DNA from: Acidobacteriota bacterium
GTDB taxonomy: Bacteria; Acidobacteriota; UBA890; WLXD01
Assembly: GCA_965205505.1 (NCBI GenBank)
Contig: CBDBHB010000006.1
Location: 32,001-96,000, forward strand
Length of the DNA stretch: 64,000 nt
Direction: 5' to 3'
The translations under genes were made by a program, and so were the position numbers. Position 1 is the stretch's first letter; the number at the start of each line of letters is the position of its first letter. Below the pieces are notes generated by a model, which did not search any database, was not told the origin of the DNA, and worked only from the letters and a program-made list of their open reading frames with translations. Below are positions 47,973-58,522 of the stretch, piece by piece.

Positions 47973-49307
47973 TCAGTTAGCCTCGGTCGGGGCGAGGTGC
48001 TCGATAGCGTGGGCCTCGGCCTGGGAGACGATCTCTCTCCATCGGAGTGCGAGCCACGGGTCCGAGCCCAATGCTCGCGTTAGCCGCGGATTGTCGAGAA
48101 GCTCGGCGAGCTCGGCCCGCACGCTGGCACCGACCCCGCTAGGAACGCCGGCCGGGGGGCGCTCGTCGCCGACGGTGGCTGCGCTCGGGATTGGTGGAGC
48201 ATCTCGAATCTCCGCTGCGAGCCGAAGCATGTCCCCCAGGTAATCCTGCTGGTTACGGAGCCGTTCCATGTCGTGCGTCGCGCTCGTGGCGATGTCCAGA
48301 CGCTCCAGCCACACTGGGTCACCCTGGCCGCGTACTGCCTGCGCGGCGCGCAACACATGGCAGAGATCTGATTCGGTCGCCGGCCGGCAGAGCTCCGCAT
48401 GCAGGGGGCCGCTGCCGGTGAGGGTCCAGCGAACCAGGTGGATCCGACTCGGGGCCGAGCCGCGGATTGATCCTGCCAACTCGGCGAAAGTGCCGATGAG
48501 ATCGTCGATCACCTCGAGCTCGTCGATCGAAGTCCGGACACGATGCCAGCGCGCCACATCGCTCCATATCGGCTCCAGTTGCACACGGCCACTCTCGTCG
48601 ACAGCGACTAGCGTCGCGCCTCGCGCGCCGGGCTCGCGCGTATGGAGACCCTGCGGGTTACCGGGATAGTGAACAATCGGTGCCCGCGAATGCAGCGTCG
48701 CGCGGGTGTGAACGTGGCCGAGCGCCCAATAGTCGAAACCTGTTTCGGTGAGGTCGCTGAGCTGGCAGGGAGCGTAGGGGTCGTGGCCGACCTGGTCGCC
48801 GACGTTGGTATGCAGCACGCCGATCGCGAAGTCGCCATCGGGGTTGCGCGGGAAGGCCGCCGCGAGATTCTCGTAGGTGGCGGACTTCGGATAAGAAACA
48901 CCGTAGATTCGCGCTAGCTCGGTGCTGTCTCGAAGCAGCGGCACAGACTCTACGTCGGGTCCGAAAACGTAGGTCGACTCCGGCAACCGCACCCCGGTCG
49001 ACAAGGTCCCGAGCGGGTCGTGGTTGCCGGTCGCGATGAAGCTCGGTATGCTGGCGTCGTCGAGGTATTGCAGTTGCTCGCGGAGCTCGGCGTGAGCCCG
49101 CAGATTCCGGTCATCGGCGTCGAACAGGTCGCCGGCCACGATGACCGCATCGACCTCACGGTTGATCGCGGTGGCCACCAGTCGTGCGAGCGCTGCGGTT
49201 GGCGCATCGCGAAGCTGCTCGCGCAGGCGGCCTGGCAGTCGGCCGAGACCGCGCACCGGTGCCCCCAGATGAATATCGGCGCAATGCAGAAATGAAAACG
49301 CCTGCAT
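47973..49307 (-). CDS. YhaO/SbcD/Mre11-like metallophosphoesterase nuclease
   Basis: HCADIHLG, AGDLFD, GNHD, DYWALGHVH, YPGNPQG. Confidence 0.9.
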   Translation of the reverse strand: MQAFSFLHCADIHLGAPVRGLGRLPGRLREQLRDAPTAALARLVATAINREVDAVIVAGDLFDADDRNLRAHAELREQLQYLDDASIPSFIATGNHDPLGTLSTGVRLPESTYVFGPDVESVPLLRDSTELARIYGVSYPKSATYENLAAAFPRNPDGDFAIGVLHTNVGDQVGHDPYAPCQLSDLTETGFDYWALGHVHTRATLHSRAPIVHYPGNPQGLHTREPGARGATLVAVDESGRVQLEPIWSDVARWHRVRTSIDELEVIDDLIGTFAELAGSIRGSAPSRIHLVRWTLTGSGPLHAELCRPATESDLCHVLRAAQAVRGQGDPVWLERLDIATSATHDMERLRNQQDYLGDMLRLAAEIRDAPPIPSAATVGDERPPAGVPSGVGASVRAELAELLDNPRLTRALGSDPWLALRWREIVSQAEAHAIEHLAPTEAN

Positions 49308-49449
49308 GCGGACCACCCCGCTAGGTTCCGGACACGACATGCCCCCATTACGAGCCCGGACACCGTTCGCTAGAATGTCGACCAGTCACGTTGCACCATG
49401 AACGCGTGCCAACTCGGATCATAGTCTGAGCGCGCGCGGGGAGGTACCC

Positions 49450-51438
49450 GTGGAGAAACAGTCTCACTGTCCGCTCGATTGCCCCGACGCTTGTAGCTTG
49501 ACCGTCGAGGTCGAAGGCGACCGGGTTGTTGCGGTGGACGGTGACCGGCGCAACCCGCTCACTGACGGGTTTATTTGCAGCAAGGTGCGGGCGCTGCCCG
49601 AGCACTTGTACGGGAGCGAGCGCGTACTGGAGCCGCGGATCCGCGTCGGAGCGAAGGGCGCGGGTACCTTCCGGCCAGCGACCTGGGACGAGGCGCTGGA
49701 CTTGATCGCCGAGCGCATGCGCGATGTGGTAACTGAGTTCGGTGGTGAGGCCGTTCTGCCGCTCAGCTATGGTGGCTCCAATGGGGTGCTGACCCAGGAC
49801 ACCACCGATGCCAGGTTGTTCCGTCGCCTCGGCGCCTCGAATCTGGCACGCAACGTATGTGCCGTTCCGACCGGTCTGGCGGCGATGGGCATGTACGGCA
49901 AGATGCCTGGCGTCGCTTTCTCCGACTTTGCCCATGCCGAGCTCATCGTCATCTGGGGATGCAACCCTGCCGCTACCGGAATCCATCTTCTGCCGCACAT
50001 TCAAGAGGCGCGACGCCGCGGCGCCAAGATGGTGGTGCTCGATCCGCGCCGCAATCGGCTGGCGCGCCAGGCTGATCTGCATTTAGCCTTGCGCCCCGGG
50101 ACCGACGTTGCGGTGGCCCTCGCCGTGGCCAACTGGTTGTTCGAGAACGATCGAGCCGATCTCGAGTTCCTGGCCGACAATGCGCTTCAGGTCGAGGAGT
50201 TCCGCAGCCGCGCGGCGGAGTGGACGCTGCAGCGTGCAGCCTCCGTCGCCGGGATCGCGGCCGCAGAGATCGAGACGCTGGCGAGCTGGTACGCCGACTC
50301 CAGTCCGGCGGCTATCCGTGCTGGCTGGGGTATGGAGCGCAACCGCAACGGCTGCTCCGCGGTGGCTGCGGTATTGGCGCTTCCGGCGATAGCTGGCAAG
50401 TTCGGCGTCCTCGGCGGCGGGTACCTGCTCAGCAACGGCGGCGCGTTGCCGCTCGACGCAACGCTCGCCGCCAACGAGCCGCCAAGTAGTGCGCGCACGA
50501 TCAACATGAACCGCCTCGGACGTGTGTTGCTCGCTACCGACGACCCGCCCGTGAAGTTGCTGTTCGTGTACAACTGCAACCCAGCGTCGATCCTCCCGGA
50601 TCAGGAGCGTGTGCTCGAGGGGCTGCGGCGCAACGACTTGTTCACCGTAGTCTTCGAACAGGTAATGACCGATAGTGCGCTCTACGCCGACGTCGTGTTA
50701 CCCGCCACCGTCTTTCTCGAGCACACCGAGCTGCGCAGCGGTTACGGTGCGCTGGTCGTCCAGAAGGCGGACGCCGTGGTCCGCGCAGCTGGTGAGGCGC
50801 GACCGAACTACGAGGTCTTCGATCAGCTGTGCGCGCGGCTGGGATTGAATCGCGACGGCGATCCGCACGGTGCTGACGAGCTGTCCTCGGCGATTCTCAC
50901 CGACAATGGCTTTCGAGATCCGATCGCCCGTGAGGGCATCGCGATTCCCGACATCAACACCGGAGCTGTGCAGTTCGTCGACATGATGCCGCGCACGCCA
51001 GACGCCAAGGTTCATCTCGTGCCGGAAGCGCTGGATCGCGCCGCCATCGGCGGGCTCTACGCGTTTCGCCCCGATCCGGCCACTGCCGCGCACCCGCTGT
51101 CGCTCGTCTCGCCGGCGACCGGTCGCCGGATGAGCTCGACGTTCGGACAGCTACACCGCGGGCAGGTTGCGCTGAGCATCCACCCCGACGATGCATCGCC
51201 CCGCCGCATCGTCGATGGCTCGCGCCTACGCGTGTACAACGAGACCGGCGAAATGCACTGCCTGGCGAAGGTCACGGACCGGGTGCGGGTAGGCGTGGTG
51301 TTCATGCCGAAGGGACTGTGGAAGCACAACACCCTGAACGGGCGCACCACCAACGCACTGGTGCCTGACGACTACACCGATGTCGGCGACGGTGCGTGTT
51401 TCAACGATGCCAGGGTCGAGGTGGCGCCGCTCAGTTGA
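49450..51438 (+). CDS. Molybdopterin-dependent oxidoreductase (4Fe-4S N-terminus)
   Basis: CPLDCPDAC...ICSK, TWDEALD, IWGCNP, YADVVLPA, C-terminal bis-MGD binding domain. Confidence 0.9.
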   Translation: MEKQSHCPLDCPDACSLTVEVEGDRVVAVDGDRRNPLTDGFICSKVRALPEHLYGSERVLEPRIRVGAKGAGTFRPATWDEALDLIAERMRDVVTEFGGEAVLPLSYGGSNGVLTQDTTDARLFRRLGASNLARNVCAVPTGLAAMGMYGKMPGVAFSDFAHAELIVIWGCNPAATGIHLLPHIQEARRRGAKMVVLDPRRNRLARQADLHLALRPGTDVAVALAVANWLFENDRADLEFLADNALQVEEFRSRAAEWTLQRAASVAGIAAAEIETLASWYADSSPAAIRAGWGMERNRNGCSAVAAVLALPAIAGKFGVLGGGYLLSNGGALPLDATLAANEPPSSARTINMNRLGRVLLATDDPPVKLLFVYNCNPASILPDQERVLEGLRRNDLFTVVFEQVMTDSALYADVVLPATVFLEHTELRSGYGALVVQKADAVVRAAGEARPNYEVFDQLCARLGLNRDGDPHGADELSSAILTDNGFRDPIAREGIAIPDINTGAVQFVDMMPRTPDAKVHLVPEALDRAAIGGLYAFRPDPATAAHPLSLVSPATGRRMSSTFGQLHRGQVALSIHPDDASPRRIVDGSRLRVYNETGEMHCLAKVTDRVRVGVVFMPKGLWKHNTLNGRTTNALVPDDYTDVGDGACFNDARVEVAPLS

Positions 51439-52408
51439 TCGCCAGCTCGTCGAAGATCGGCTCGAGGTGGGCGTTGCTCAGGCCGTTTTCGTCGGCGATC
51501 GTCTTCACCGCCGGTGCGTGCGCCGAGTAGCTCGGCATGCGTGCGCCGAGTCGGGACGCGAAGCTGGTCACAGCACGGTTCTCGAAGAACAGGCCGGTCG
51601 GAATATAGTCGCCCCAGCGCTGTGACATCTCCATGAAGTCGCGCGTGCGCTCCCAGCGCTCGTCCTCCGACATCTCGGGCTCGATCACCGGATCGTAGTC
51701 GTCCGGCAGAGGTTGCACGCGCGGGCGCACCTCTTCGAGGTCCTTACCGGCGAACCAGTCCTTGGTGTGCAGGTTGTTGTAGGTCGGGCAGGGCTGCAGC
51801 ACATCCAGGAACGATAGCCCGGGATGCGAGATTGCTTGAACAAGCAGGCCCACCAGTTGTTTTACGTTGAACGAGTAGCCGCGTCCGATCCACGTGAACC
51901 CGCTGGCGTACGCCATCATCAACGGATCGAGCTTCATCTGAATGTTGGGCTCGGGAAGGCTCTTGGTCTGCATGCCCATCGGCATCGTCGGCGCCGCCTG
52001 CCCCTTGGTCAGGCCGTAGACCTCGTTGTTGAACATCACGTACGTCAGGTCGACGTTACGGCGCCCCACGTTCACGAAGTGACCCGCGCCGATGCCGAGC
52101 CCGTCGCCGTCGCCGCCGGCAATTAGCACCGTCAGCTCCGGGTTCGCCAGCTTGATCCCGGTGGCATACGGGATCGGGCGGCCATGCAATGTGTGCACGC
52201 CGTACGTGCCCATGTAATAGGGCGCCTTGCCGGAACAGCCGATGCCGCCGACGTTCACGGTCTTGGAGGGGTCGAGGCCGAGCTTGGCAGACGCCTGTTG
52301 CATGGCGTTGAGGATGCCGAAATCTCCGCAGCCCGGGCACCAATCATTGGGGCTCGCCTGCTGGAAGTCCTTGACCTTGTATTCCGTCTTGGTCGGTGTG
52401 GTGGTCAT
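51431..52408 (-). CDS. 2-oxoacid:ferredoxin oxidoreductase beta subunit
   Basis: WCPGCGD, GIGCSGK, HTLHGR, GGDGD, YGLTKGQ, QPCPTYN. Confidence 0.93.
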   Translation of the reverse strand: MTTTPTKTEYKVKDFQQASPNDWCPGCGDFGILNAMQQASAKLGLDPSKTVNVGGIGCSGKAPYYMGTYGVHTLHGRPIPYATGIKLANPELTVLIAGGDGDGLGIGAGHFVNVGRRNVDLTYVMFNNEVYGLTKGQAAPTMPMGMQTKSLPEPNIQMKLDPLMMAYASGFTWIGRGYSFNVKQLVGLLVQAISHPGLSFLDVLQPCPTYNNLHTKDWFAGKDLEEVRPRVQPLPDDYDPVIEPEMSEDERWERTRDFMEMSQRWGDYIPTGLFFENRAVTSFASRLGARMPSYSAHAPAVKTIADENGLSNAHLEPIFDELAIN

Positions 52409-52418
52409 GTCAGCCTGC

Positions 52419-54386
52419 CTATTGGTGCGGGTTGCGAAGCACGATGCGGGCCGGTGCCTCGCCGGCGCGAATCTCGTTGAGGGCCACGACGAGCTCTTCG
52501 GCCGAGATCGGCCGGCCGTTGTATTTCACGATCAAGTGATCTGGCTTGATTCCGGTGTGCTGGCGCAGCAGTTGGCTGAACTGACCGGAGAAGTTCGACT
52601 CCACGATGACCAACGGGGCAGCGCTCTCGAGCAGCTCGATGAACTCGTCGGCGGGGAAGGGCAGCATCAAGCGCGCCTGGAGGAAGCGTGCTGCGGCGTC
52701 CTCCTCCTCGAGAAGATCGAGCGTCTCCAAGATGGCTCCCTTGTTGGAGCCCCAGCTGAGAATCGTGAAGTCGGCCTGGCGATCACCGTAGACCTTGATC
52801 TTCTCGTCAAGAGAGATCTCGCTCGCCGCCAGCTCCATCTTTCGGGCTCGCTTCTCGATCTGTTGCTCCCGTATGACCGGATCCTCGGTGACGCGGCCTT
52901 GTGGAGTGTGCTCGCCACCGGTCATCCAGTGTGCGTTACCAGGCTGACCGAGCAGCGTACGCGGTGAGACACCCGACTCCGTGACCTCGAAGCGCGGGAA
53001 GGCGGTGCCATCGCTCTCACCGCGGGGAGCAGCGATGTTGCCACGGTCGACAGTGACCTGATCGAGATCGAAGTAGGGCAGCGTGCGCGACGAGCTAGAC
53101 AACGCCTTGTCGACGATATGCACGACGACTGTCTGATAGCGGTCGGCGTAGTTGAAGCACTCGGCGGCGTCGTAGAACGCTTCGACGATGTCGCCCGAGG
53201 CCACGACCATGAGTGGGAAATCGCCGTGCGCCCCGGCGGTCGCAATGCGCAGGTCGCCCTGCTCATTGCGCGTCGGCATGCCGGTGGAAGGCCCGCCGCG
53301 TTGCCAGAGCGTAATTACCAGCGGCACCTCGTTAATGCACGCCCAGCCCAGGCCCTCACACATGAGCGCGAAGCCTGGCCCCGACGTCGCAGTCGACGAG
53401 CGAGCGCCGGTAAGCGCCGCACCCGCTGCCATGGTGATCGCCGAGATCTCGTCCTCGGTCTGTACCACCAACACGTTCGTGGCGCTGCCGTCGCGCGTGC
53501 CGAACTCCTCGTGCGCCTCCAGGAACGTGCTTTCGTCAGTTGCCGGCGAAATCGGATAGTAGCTCTGTACGGCGACGCCACCGGCGAGCTTGCCGAGCGC
53601 AACCGCCTGGTTGCCGTTGATGAGCATGCGCTTCTCGGTGGTCTCGGCGGGATTTAGATCGATCGAGAAGTCGCTCCGGTCGAACTGTCCGTCGACGTAG
53701 TTGTATGTCAGCTCGACTGCCTCGACGTTCAGGTCGATGATTTTCTGACGGCCCGGCCAGGTGCGCTCCAGAGCTTTCTTGACGAAATCGCGCCGGAAAT
53801 CGAGCAGCGCTGTCGAGACCGCCACCGCCAGGGTATTTCTGGTACGCGCCGCGACCGCTTGTGGCACCTCTAGCAGCTCGGCCAGCTGGATCACGATATC
53901 GTCGTAGTTGACCTCGAAGCACTGTACGGCACGATTGCGCGCGTCTTCGAGCAGGCCGGCGGTGGTGGCGGGAAGCTCGCGCTCTTCCAGGTAGGTGGTC
54001 AGGTCGTCGGTCAGTCGCCCATCGAGAAACGTGATGCTGGTGAGCGCGACGTCGGCATCGGCGGCCGTGTAGACCAGGCCTCCGCCCTCTCGAACGGCGA
54101 GAATATGTCGGACTAGCGTTTCGGCTTCGAACGTGGTCAGCAGGTCGACGGTGTCGCGATGCGCTGTGCGGGGGATCTCCGAGACGCGGACGTCATAGTA
54201 GCTATGTCGCCCCATGATGTTGGAGTAATACTCCCGTCGACCGAATAAATGCAGGCCGGCTATACCACAAGCGCGCTGGAAAATGAGCGCCGCGGTGTCG
54301 ACGCCGCTGCCCTGAGCACCTCCGACGCGCCAGGCAAGGTCCTGGCTCGTCCGAGTACCGTTTCCGGTATTGCTGTTGGGGGCCAC
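52419..54386 (-). CDS. 2-oxoacid:ferredoxin oxidoreductase alpha subunit (gamma-alpha fusion)
   Basis: GGAQGSG, YYPISPA, QTEDE, ATSGPG, QRGGPSTGMPT. Confidence 0.93.
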   Translation of the reverse strand: MAPNSNTGNGTRTSQDLAWRVGGAQGSGVDTAALIFQRACGIAGLHLFGRREYYSNIMGRHSYYDVRVSEIPRTAHRDTVDLLTTFEAETLVRHILAVREGGGLVYTAADADVALTSITFLDGRLTDDLTTYLEERELPATTAGLLEDARNRAVQCFEVNYDDIVIQLAELLEVPQAVAARTRNTLAVAVSTALLDFRRDFVKKALERTWPGRQKIIDLNVEAVELTYNYVDGQFDRSDFSIDLNPAETTEKRMLINGNQAVALGKLAGGVAVQSYYPISPATDESTFLEAHEEFGTRDGSATNVLVVQTEDEISAITMAAGAALTGARSSTATSGPGFALMCEGLGWACINEVPLVITLWQRGGPSTGMPTRNEQGDLRIATAGAHGDFPLMVVASGDIVEAFYDAAECFNYADRYQTVVVHIVDKALSSSSRTLPYFDLDQVTVDRGNIAAPRGESDGTAFPRFEVTESGVSPRTLLGQPGNAHWMTGGEHTPQGRVTEDPVIREQQIEKRARKMELAASEISLDEKIKVYGDRQADFTILSWGSNKGAILETLDLLEEEDAAARFLQARLMLPFPADEFIELLESAAPLVIVESNFSGQFSQLLRQHTGIKPDHLIVKYNGRPISAEELVVALNEIRAGEAPARIVLRNPHQ

Positions 54387-54741
54387 TGGGTGTCTTTCTC
54401 CGAGATTACCTGGAGGACTCTCTAGGTGAGGCGCATCACGAGCGCAAGCAAATCTGTGGAGGTACGGGTGATCGCCCGCTCGCTGATCAGCGGGCTTGGC
54501 GAGAATCGATCTGTGCCGCTACTCCTGCGCTGATGCGCGCCTCGACCGAGCAGTGGAAGTGACGTAAGCATAACCTGTGATCCAAGCGCGAGTGACCGCA
54601 TGAGCAGACTTGCGCGGGCAGTGTTCGTAGCGCCGATCACTCGGCGCGCGAATCTTTCTGCTCAGCCGGTGGCCGCTGCTATTGACCGTGGCTCTCGGGC
54701 CTTGCTAACGTCCGTCTTCTGAGCGATACGAGAGGTGAGAG

Positions 54742-54927
54742 TTGACAGGTCACAGAAGCGAATCTGACGCGCGACGACCCTCGCCAGGGCCGCATGGGGT
54801 GCGTGCGCTGCTGGCTTGGTCGTCTCTCGGACTTTCCTCGAGGCTGCCGAGCAGCCTTCTTCTTACCGGCCCCATCGGCAACCTCGGCGTCGTCGCGATT
54901 CCGGGGAATGCGGGGGCCGCCGACTAG
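54742..54927 (+). CDS. Putative ilv leader peptide (start may instead be GTG 54799)
   Basis: Leu/Val/Ile-rich (ALL, LLL, IGNLGVVAI); ends just before a terminator upstream of ilvB. Confidence 0.5.
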   Translation: MTGHRSESDARRPSPGPHGVRALLAWSSLGLSSRLPSSLLLTGPIGNLGVVAIPGNAGAAD

Positions 54928-54953
54928 ACGCCGAAGACACCGAGGTGAATCGC

Positions 54954-54982
54954 GGCTCCCGCAGGGCGCGGGGGCCTTTTTT
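54954..54982 (+). terminator. Attenuator terminator upstream of ilvB
   Basis: GGCTCCCGC-agggc-GCGGGGGCC-TTTTTT; an identical GCGGGGGCC at 54910-54918 can form an antiterminator. Confidence 0.8.
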
Positions 54983-55206
54983 GTAGCTAGTGTCCTGCAA
55001 CGAACCGCGTTACATGACACTGATTCGAGTCCGTGCTGTTGGCGGACCTGGAGACCGGGTCCGATGAGATCCGATCGCATCAAGCAGAGGTTCGAGGGGG
55101 CTCCGCACCGAGCTCTCTTGAAGGCTACCGGTGGCTGCGACGCTACTCGAGCATGGTCAGCAGGGCCCGCGATGTCGCTGTGTTCCTCGAATAGGAGGGT
55201 CGTCCG

Positions 55207-56907
55207 ATGAAGCTCACCGGCGCCGAGATCGTATGGGAGTGTCTCGCCCGCGAGGGCGTCGACATCGTGTTTGGCTATCCGGGCGGCGCCATCCTGCCGA
55301 CCTACGACGCGCACAGCAAGTATCCGCAGGTTCACCATGTGCTCACACGCCATGAGCAGGGCGCCGCGCACATGGCCGACGGCTACGCCCGCGCCAGCGG
55401 CAAGGTGGGGGTGGCGATTGCCACCAGCGGACCTGGCGCTACCAACCTGGTGACGGGCGTTGCCACCGCGATGATGGACTCGTCGCCGGTGGTGTTCATT
55501 ACCGGTCAGGTTCCGCAGCACTTGATGGGCACGGATGGCTTCCAGGAGACCGACATCATCGGCATCACCCTGCCGATTACCAAGCACAGCGTCCTGGTGC
55601 GCAGCGCGGCGGACCTCGGCCCGGCGATCCACGAAGCGTTCCATGTCGCCCGCAGTGGCCGGCCGGGGCCGGTATTGGTCGATATTCCCAAGGACGTACA
55701 GCTGGAGACCGCCGAGCTGGGGCCTCGGCCCGTTCACGCCGACGAACGGGCGGCAATTCCCAGCGAGGAGCTCGAGCGCGCCCATGAGCTACTGCGCGCC
55801 AGCGAGCGCCCGGTCATCCTGGCTGGCCACGGGGTCATCATTTCGCGAGCCCATGACGAGCTCGTGGCGTTCGCCGAGACGTTGCACATTCCGGTGACCC
55901 AGACCCTCCTCGGGAAGGGCGGTTTTCCGCAGGCGCATGCGCTGTCGCTCGGCATGATGGGGATGCACGGAGAGGCTGCGGCCAACAATGCCATCCAGGA
56001 TGCCGATCTGTTGCTAGCGCTCGGCATGCGGTTCGACGACCGTGTCACCGGGAAGCTGGCGGAGTATTCGCCCCACTCCAAGAAGATTCACATCGACATC
56101 GACGCGGCTGAGATCAACAAGCTGGTCCATGTGGAGGTTGGCACCGTCGCCGACGTGGGTGACTGGATCCGGGCGATGGCAGCGGGGCTCGAGCCTGCTG
56201 ATCATCAGCGCTGGATCGACAAGATCCGCACATGGCAGAGTGCCGATGCCGATCGCGACATCCTCACGCACCCGCCTGACCCGGACAGCTTCCTGGCAGC
56301 GCACGCCATCCACGAGCTGTGGCGTAGCACCGGCGGCGAGGCGATTTCGGTTACTGACGTGGGTCAGCATCAGATGTGGGAAGCGCAGTACTACCCGCAC
56401 GATCGTCCCGGGACGCTGATCACCAGCGGTGGTATGGGAACGATGGGCTTTGCGCTACCGGCAGCAATCGGTGCGAAGATGGCGCGCCCCGAGGAAGACG
56501 TGTGGGCGATCGTCGGCGACGGCGGCTTCCAGATGACCATGCCGGAGCTCGCAACCGCCGTTCAGGAGGGCGTCGAGGTCAAGATCGCCATCATCAACAA
56601 TGGCTACCTGGGCATGGTTCGTCAGTGGCAGGAGTTGTTCCACGAGCGACGCTACAATGCCACCCCGATGTTCCATCCGGACTTCCGCCGTTTGGCCGGT
56701 GCTTTCGGCATTCCGGCGTGTCGCGTTACCGAGAGAGACGAAGTCGATGTGGCAGTGCGCCAGGCGCGGGAGCACCGGGGTACGCCGTTCTTGATCGAGT
56801 TCGTCGTGGAACAGCAGGACGTGGTTTATCCGATGGTGGCGGCGGGAGCGGCGCTCAACAGCATGATCCGGCGGGAACCCAAGCCCATGCAGAAGGTCGA
56901 GTCGTAG
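55207..56907 (+). CDS. ilvB: Acetolactate synthase large subunit
   Basis: FGYPGGA, RHEQGA, TSGPGATN, RFDDRVTG, DVGQHQMW, GDGGFQM, LGMVRQWQ. Confidence 0.96.
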   Translation: MKLTGAEIVWECLAREGVDIVFGYPGGAILPTYDAHSKYPQVHHVLTRHEQGAAHMADGYARASGKVGVAIATSGPGATNLVTGVATAMMDSSPVVFITGQVPQHLMGTDGFQETDIIGITLPITKHSVLVRSAADLGPAIHEAFHVARSGRPGPVLVDIPKDVQLETAELGPRPVHADERAAIPSEELERAHELLRASERPVILAGHGVIISRAHDELVAFAETLHIPVTQTLLGKGGFPQAHALSLGMMGMHGEAAANNAIQDADLLLALGMRFDDRVTGKLAEYSPHSKKIHIDIDAAEINKLVHVEVGTVADVGDWIRAMAAGLEPADHQRWIDKIRTWQSADADRDILTHPPDPDSFLAAHAIHELWRSTGGEAISVTDVGQHQMWEAQYYPHDRPGTLITSGGMGTMGFALPAAIGAKMARPEEDVWAIVGDGGFQMTMPELATAVQEGVEVKIAIINNGYLGMVRQWQELFHERRYNATPMFHPDFRRLAGAFGIPACRVTERDEVDVAVRQAREHRGTPFLIEFVVEQQDVVYPMVAAGAALNSMIRREPKPMQKVES

Positions 56908-57438
56908 GTGGACACCGAGTCGTTGGAACAGCAGACACTGGTTGTCCTGATGCGTTCCAGTCAGGACAGCGTCGCGCGCGTCACCGGGTTGCTGCGCAGC
57001 CGCCAGGTGCAGCTGGAGACCATCAGCGTGTCGCGTACTGCCGACGACGGCAAACTACAGTTGACGCTGATGATACGCGGCGACGCGGACGATGCGCTCA
57101 GGGTCACCAAGCAGATTGCCCGGTTGATCTCCGTACAGCATGTCGAGAACATAGTGCCCCGACCGCACGTTGCTCGTGCGCTGGCGCTGATCAAGGTGGC
57201 AGGGGCAGGCGATAATCTTCCGCGTATCAACGAGGTTTGTCGCGAATACCGAGCCCATGTCATCGATGATTCGCCGGGGGCGTTGATCATCGAGATGAGC
57301 GGAGAAGCCGACGAGATCGACAGCCTGACAAGCAAGCTCGAGCCGCTCGGGATTCTCGAGATGGTCCGACACGGCGCCATTGCCCTGGGCAAGGGCGAAC
57401 GAACGTTGCAGCGAGCGATACAGGACAAGCCCATCTGA
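56908..57438 (+). CDS. ilvN: Acetolactate synthase small (regulatory) subunit, divergent
   Basis: Between ilvB and ilvC; KQIARLISV, RALALIKV, GILEMVRHGAIAL. Confidence 0.85.
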   Translation: MDTESLEQQTLVVLMRSSQDSVARVTGLLRSRQVQLETISVSRTADDGKLQLTLMIRGDADDALRVTKQIARLISVQHVENIVPRPHVARALALIKVAGAGDNLPRINEVCREYRAHVIDDSPGALIIEMSGEADEIDSLTSKLEPLGILEMVRHGAIALGKGERTLQRAIQDKPI

Positions 57439-57456
57439 AGGTGGCGAGGAGCGACC

Positions 57457-58518
57457 ATGGCACGCATCTACTACGACAAAAACGCCGATACCGCCAACAT
57501 CATCAACAGCACGGTGGCGATCATCGGCTACGGCAGCCAGGGGCACGCGCATGCCCTCAACCTTCACGACTCCGGCGTGCGGGTCATTGTCGGCCTACGG
57601 CCGGGTAGCCCCAGCCGAGAGGAGGCGACCGCCGCCGGCCTCACGGTGGCGAGCATCGAAGACGCCGCCGAGCAGGCCAATGTGGTGATGATCCTGGCGC
57701 CGGACACGTGTCAGGCGGACGTCTATAGCAACCAGATCGCACCGTTCATGAAGCCTGGCGACACCCTCATGTTCGCGCACGGCTTCAACATTCGTTACGG
57801 CCTCATCGACCCCGACGAGGGAATCGACGTATCGATGGTGGCGCCGAAGTCTCCGGGGCATCGAGTGCGCGAGCTGTTCCAGGAAGGAGCCGGCACACCG
57901 GGCCTGGTGGCAGTCGAGCGCGATCCCAGCGGCCGCGCCATGCAGAACGCCCTCGCCTACGCGGCCGGGATCGGTTGCGCCCGTGCCGGGGTGGTGGAGA
58001 CTACGTTCACCGAGGAGACCGAGACCGATCTCTTCGGTGAGCAGGCGGTGCTGTGCGGGGGCATGTCGGCCCTGGTCCGCGCCGGGTTCGAGACCCTTGT
58101 CGAGGCCGGCTACCAGCCCGAGATCGCCTACTTCGAATGCATGCACGAGCTCAAGCTCATCGTCGACCTGATGTACCAGGGCGGGTTGTCCTACATGTGG
58201 CACAGCGTCTCGGATACCGCCGAGCACGGCGGCTACCAAGGTGGCTCGCGCCTGGTCACCGAGGAGACGCGCGCGGAGATGCGGCGGATACTCGCGGACG
58301 TGCGTGACGGCACGTACGCGCGAGGCTGGGTCGAGGAGAACCGCACCGGTCTGGCGGAGTTCAACGCCCGTCGCGCCCGCGAGCATCAACATCCGATCGA
58401 GGAGGTCGGTGCTCGCCTGCGCCGCCGGATCCCCTTCCTCGAGGCCAAAGAAGTCGACGGCGGCGAATCGAGCAAGACGGCTGAGATCAGCGAGCCGGTG
58501 GCCGCCGGCAAGGAGTGA
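57457..58518 (+). CDS. ilvC: Ketol-acid reductoisomerase
   Basis: [41 protein letters not shown]. Confidence 0.97.
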   Translation: MARIYYDKNADTANIINSTVAIIGYGSQGHAHALNLHDSGVRVIVGLRPGSPSREEATAAGLTVASIEDAAEQANVVMILAPDTCQADVYSNQIAPFMKPGDTLMFAHGFNIRYGLIDPDEGIDVSMVAPKSPGHRVRELFQEGAGTPGLVAVERDPSGRAMQNALAYAAGIGCARAGVVETTFTEETETDLFGEQAVLCGGMSALVRAGFETLVEAGYQPEIAYFECMHELKLIVDLMYQGGLSYMWHSVSDTAEHGGYQGGSRLVTEETRAEMRRILADVRDGTYARGWVEENRTGLAEFNARRAREHQHPIEEVGARLRRRIPFLEAKEVDGGESSKTAEISEPVAAGKE

Positions 58519-58522
58519 CGTG

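Noticed and set aside
45349-49307. Nuclease plus SMC-like ATPase pair as a novel anti-phage system
   Set aside because: It matches the widespread YhaO/YhaN (SbcD-like plus AAA_27) pair in a housekeeping context with no defence-island neighbours
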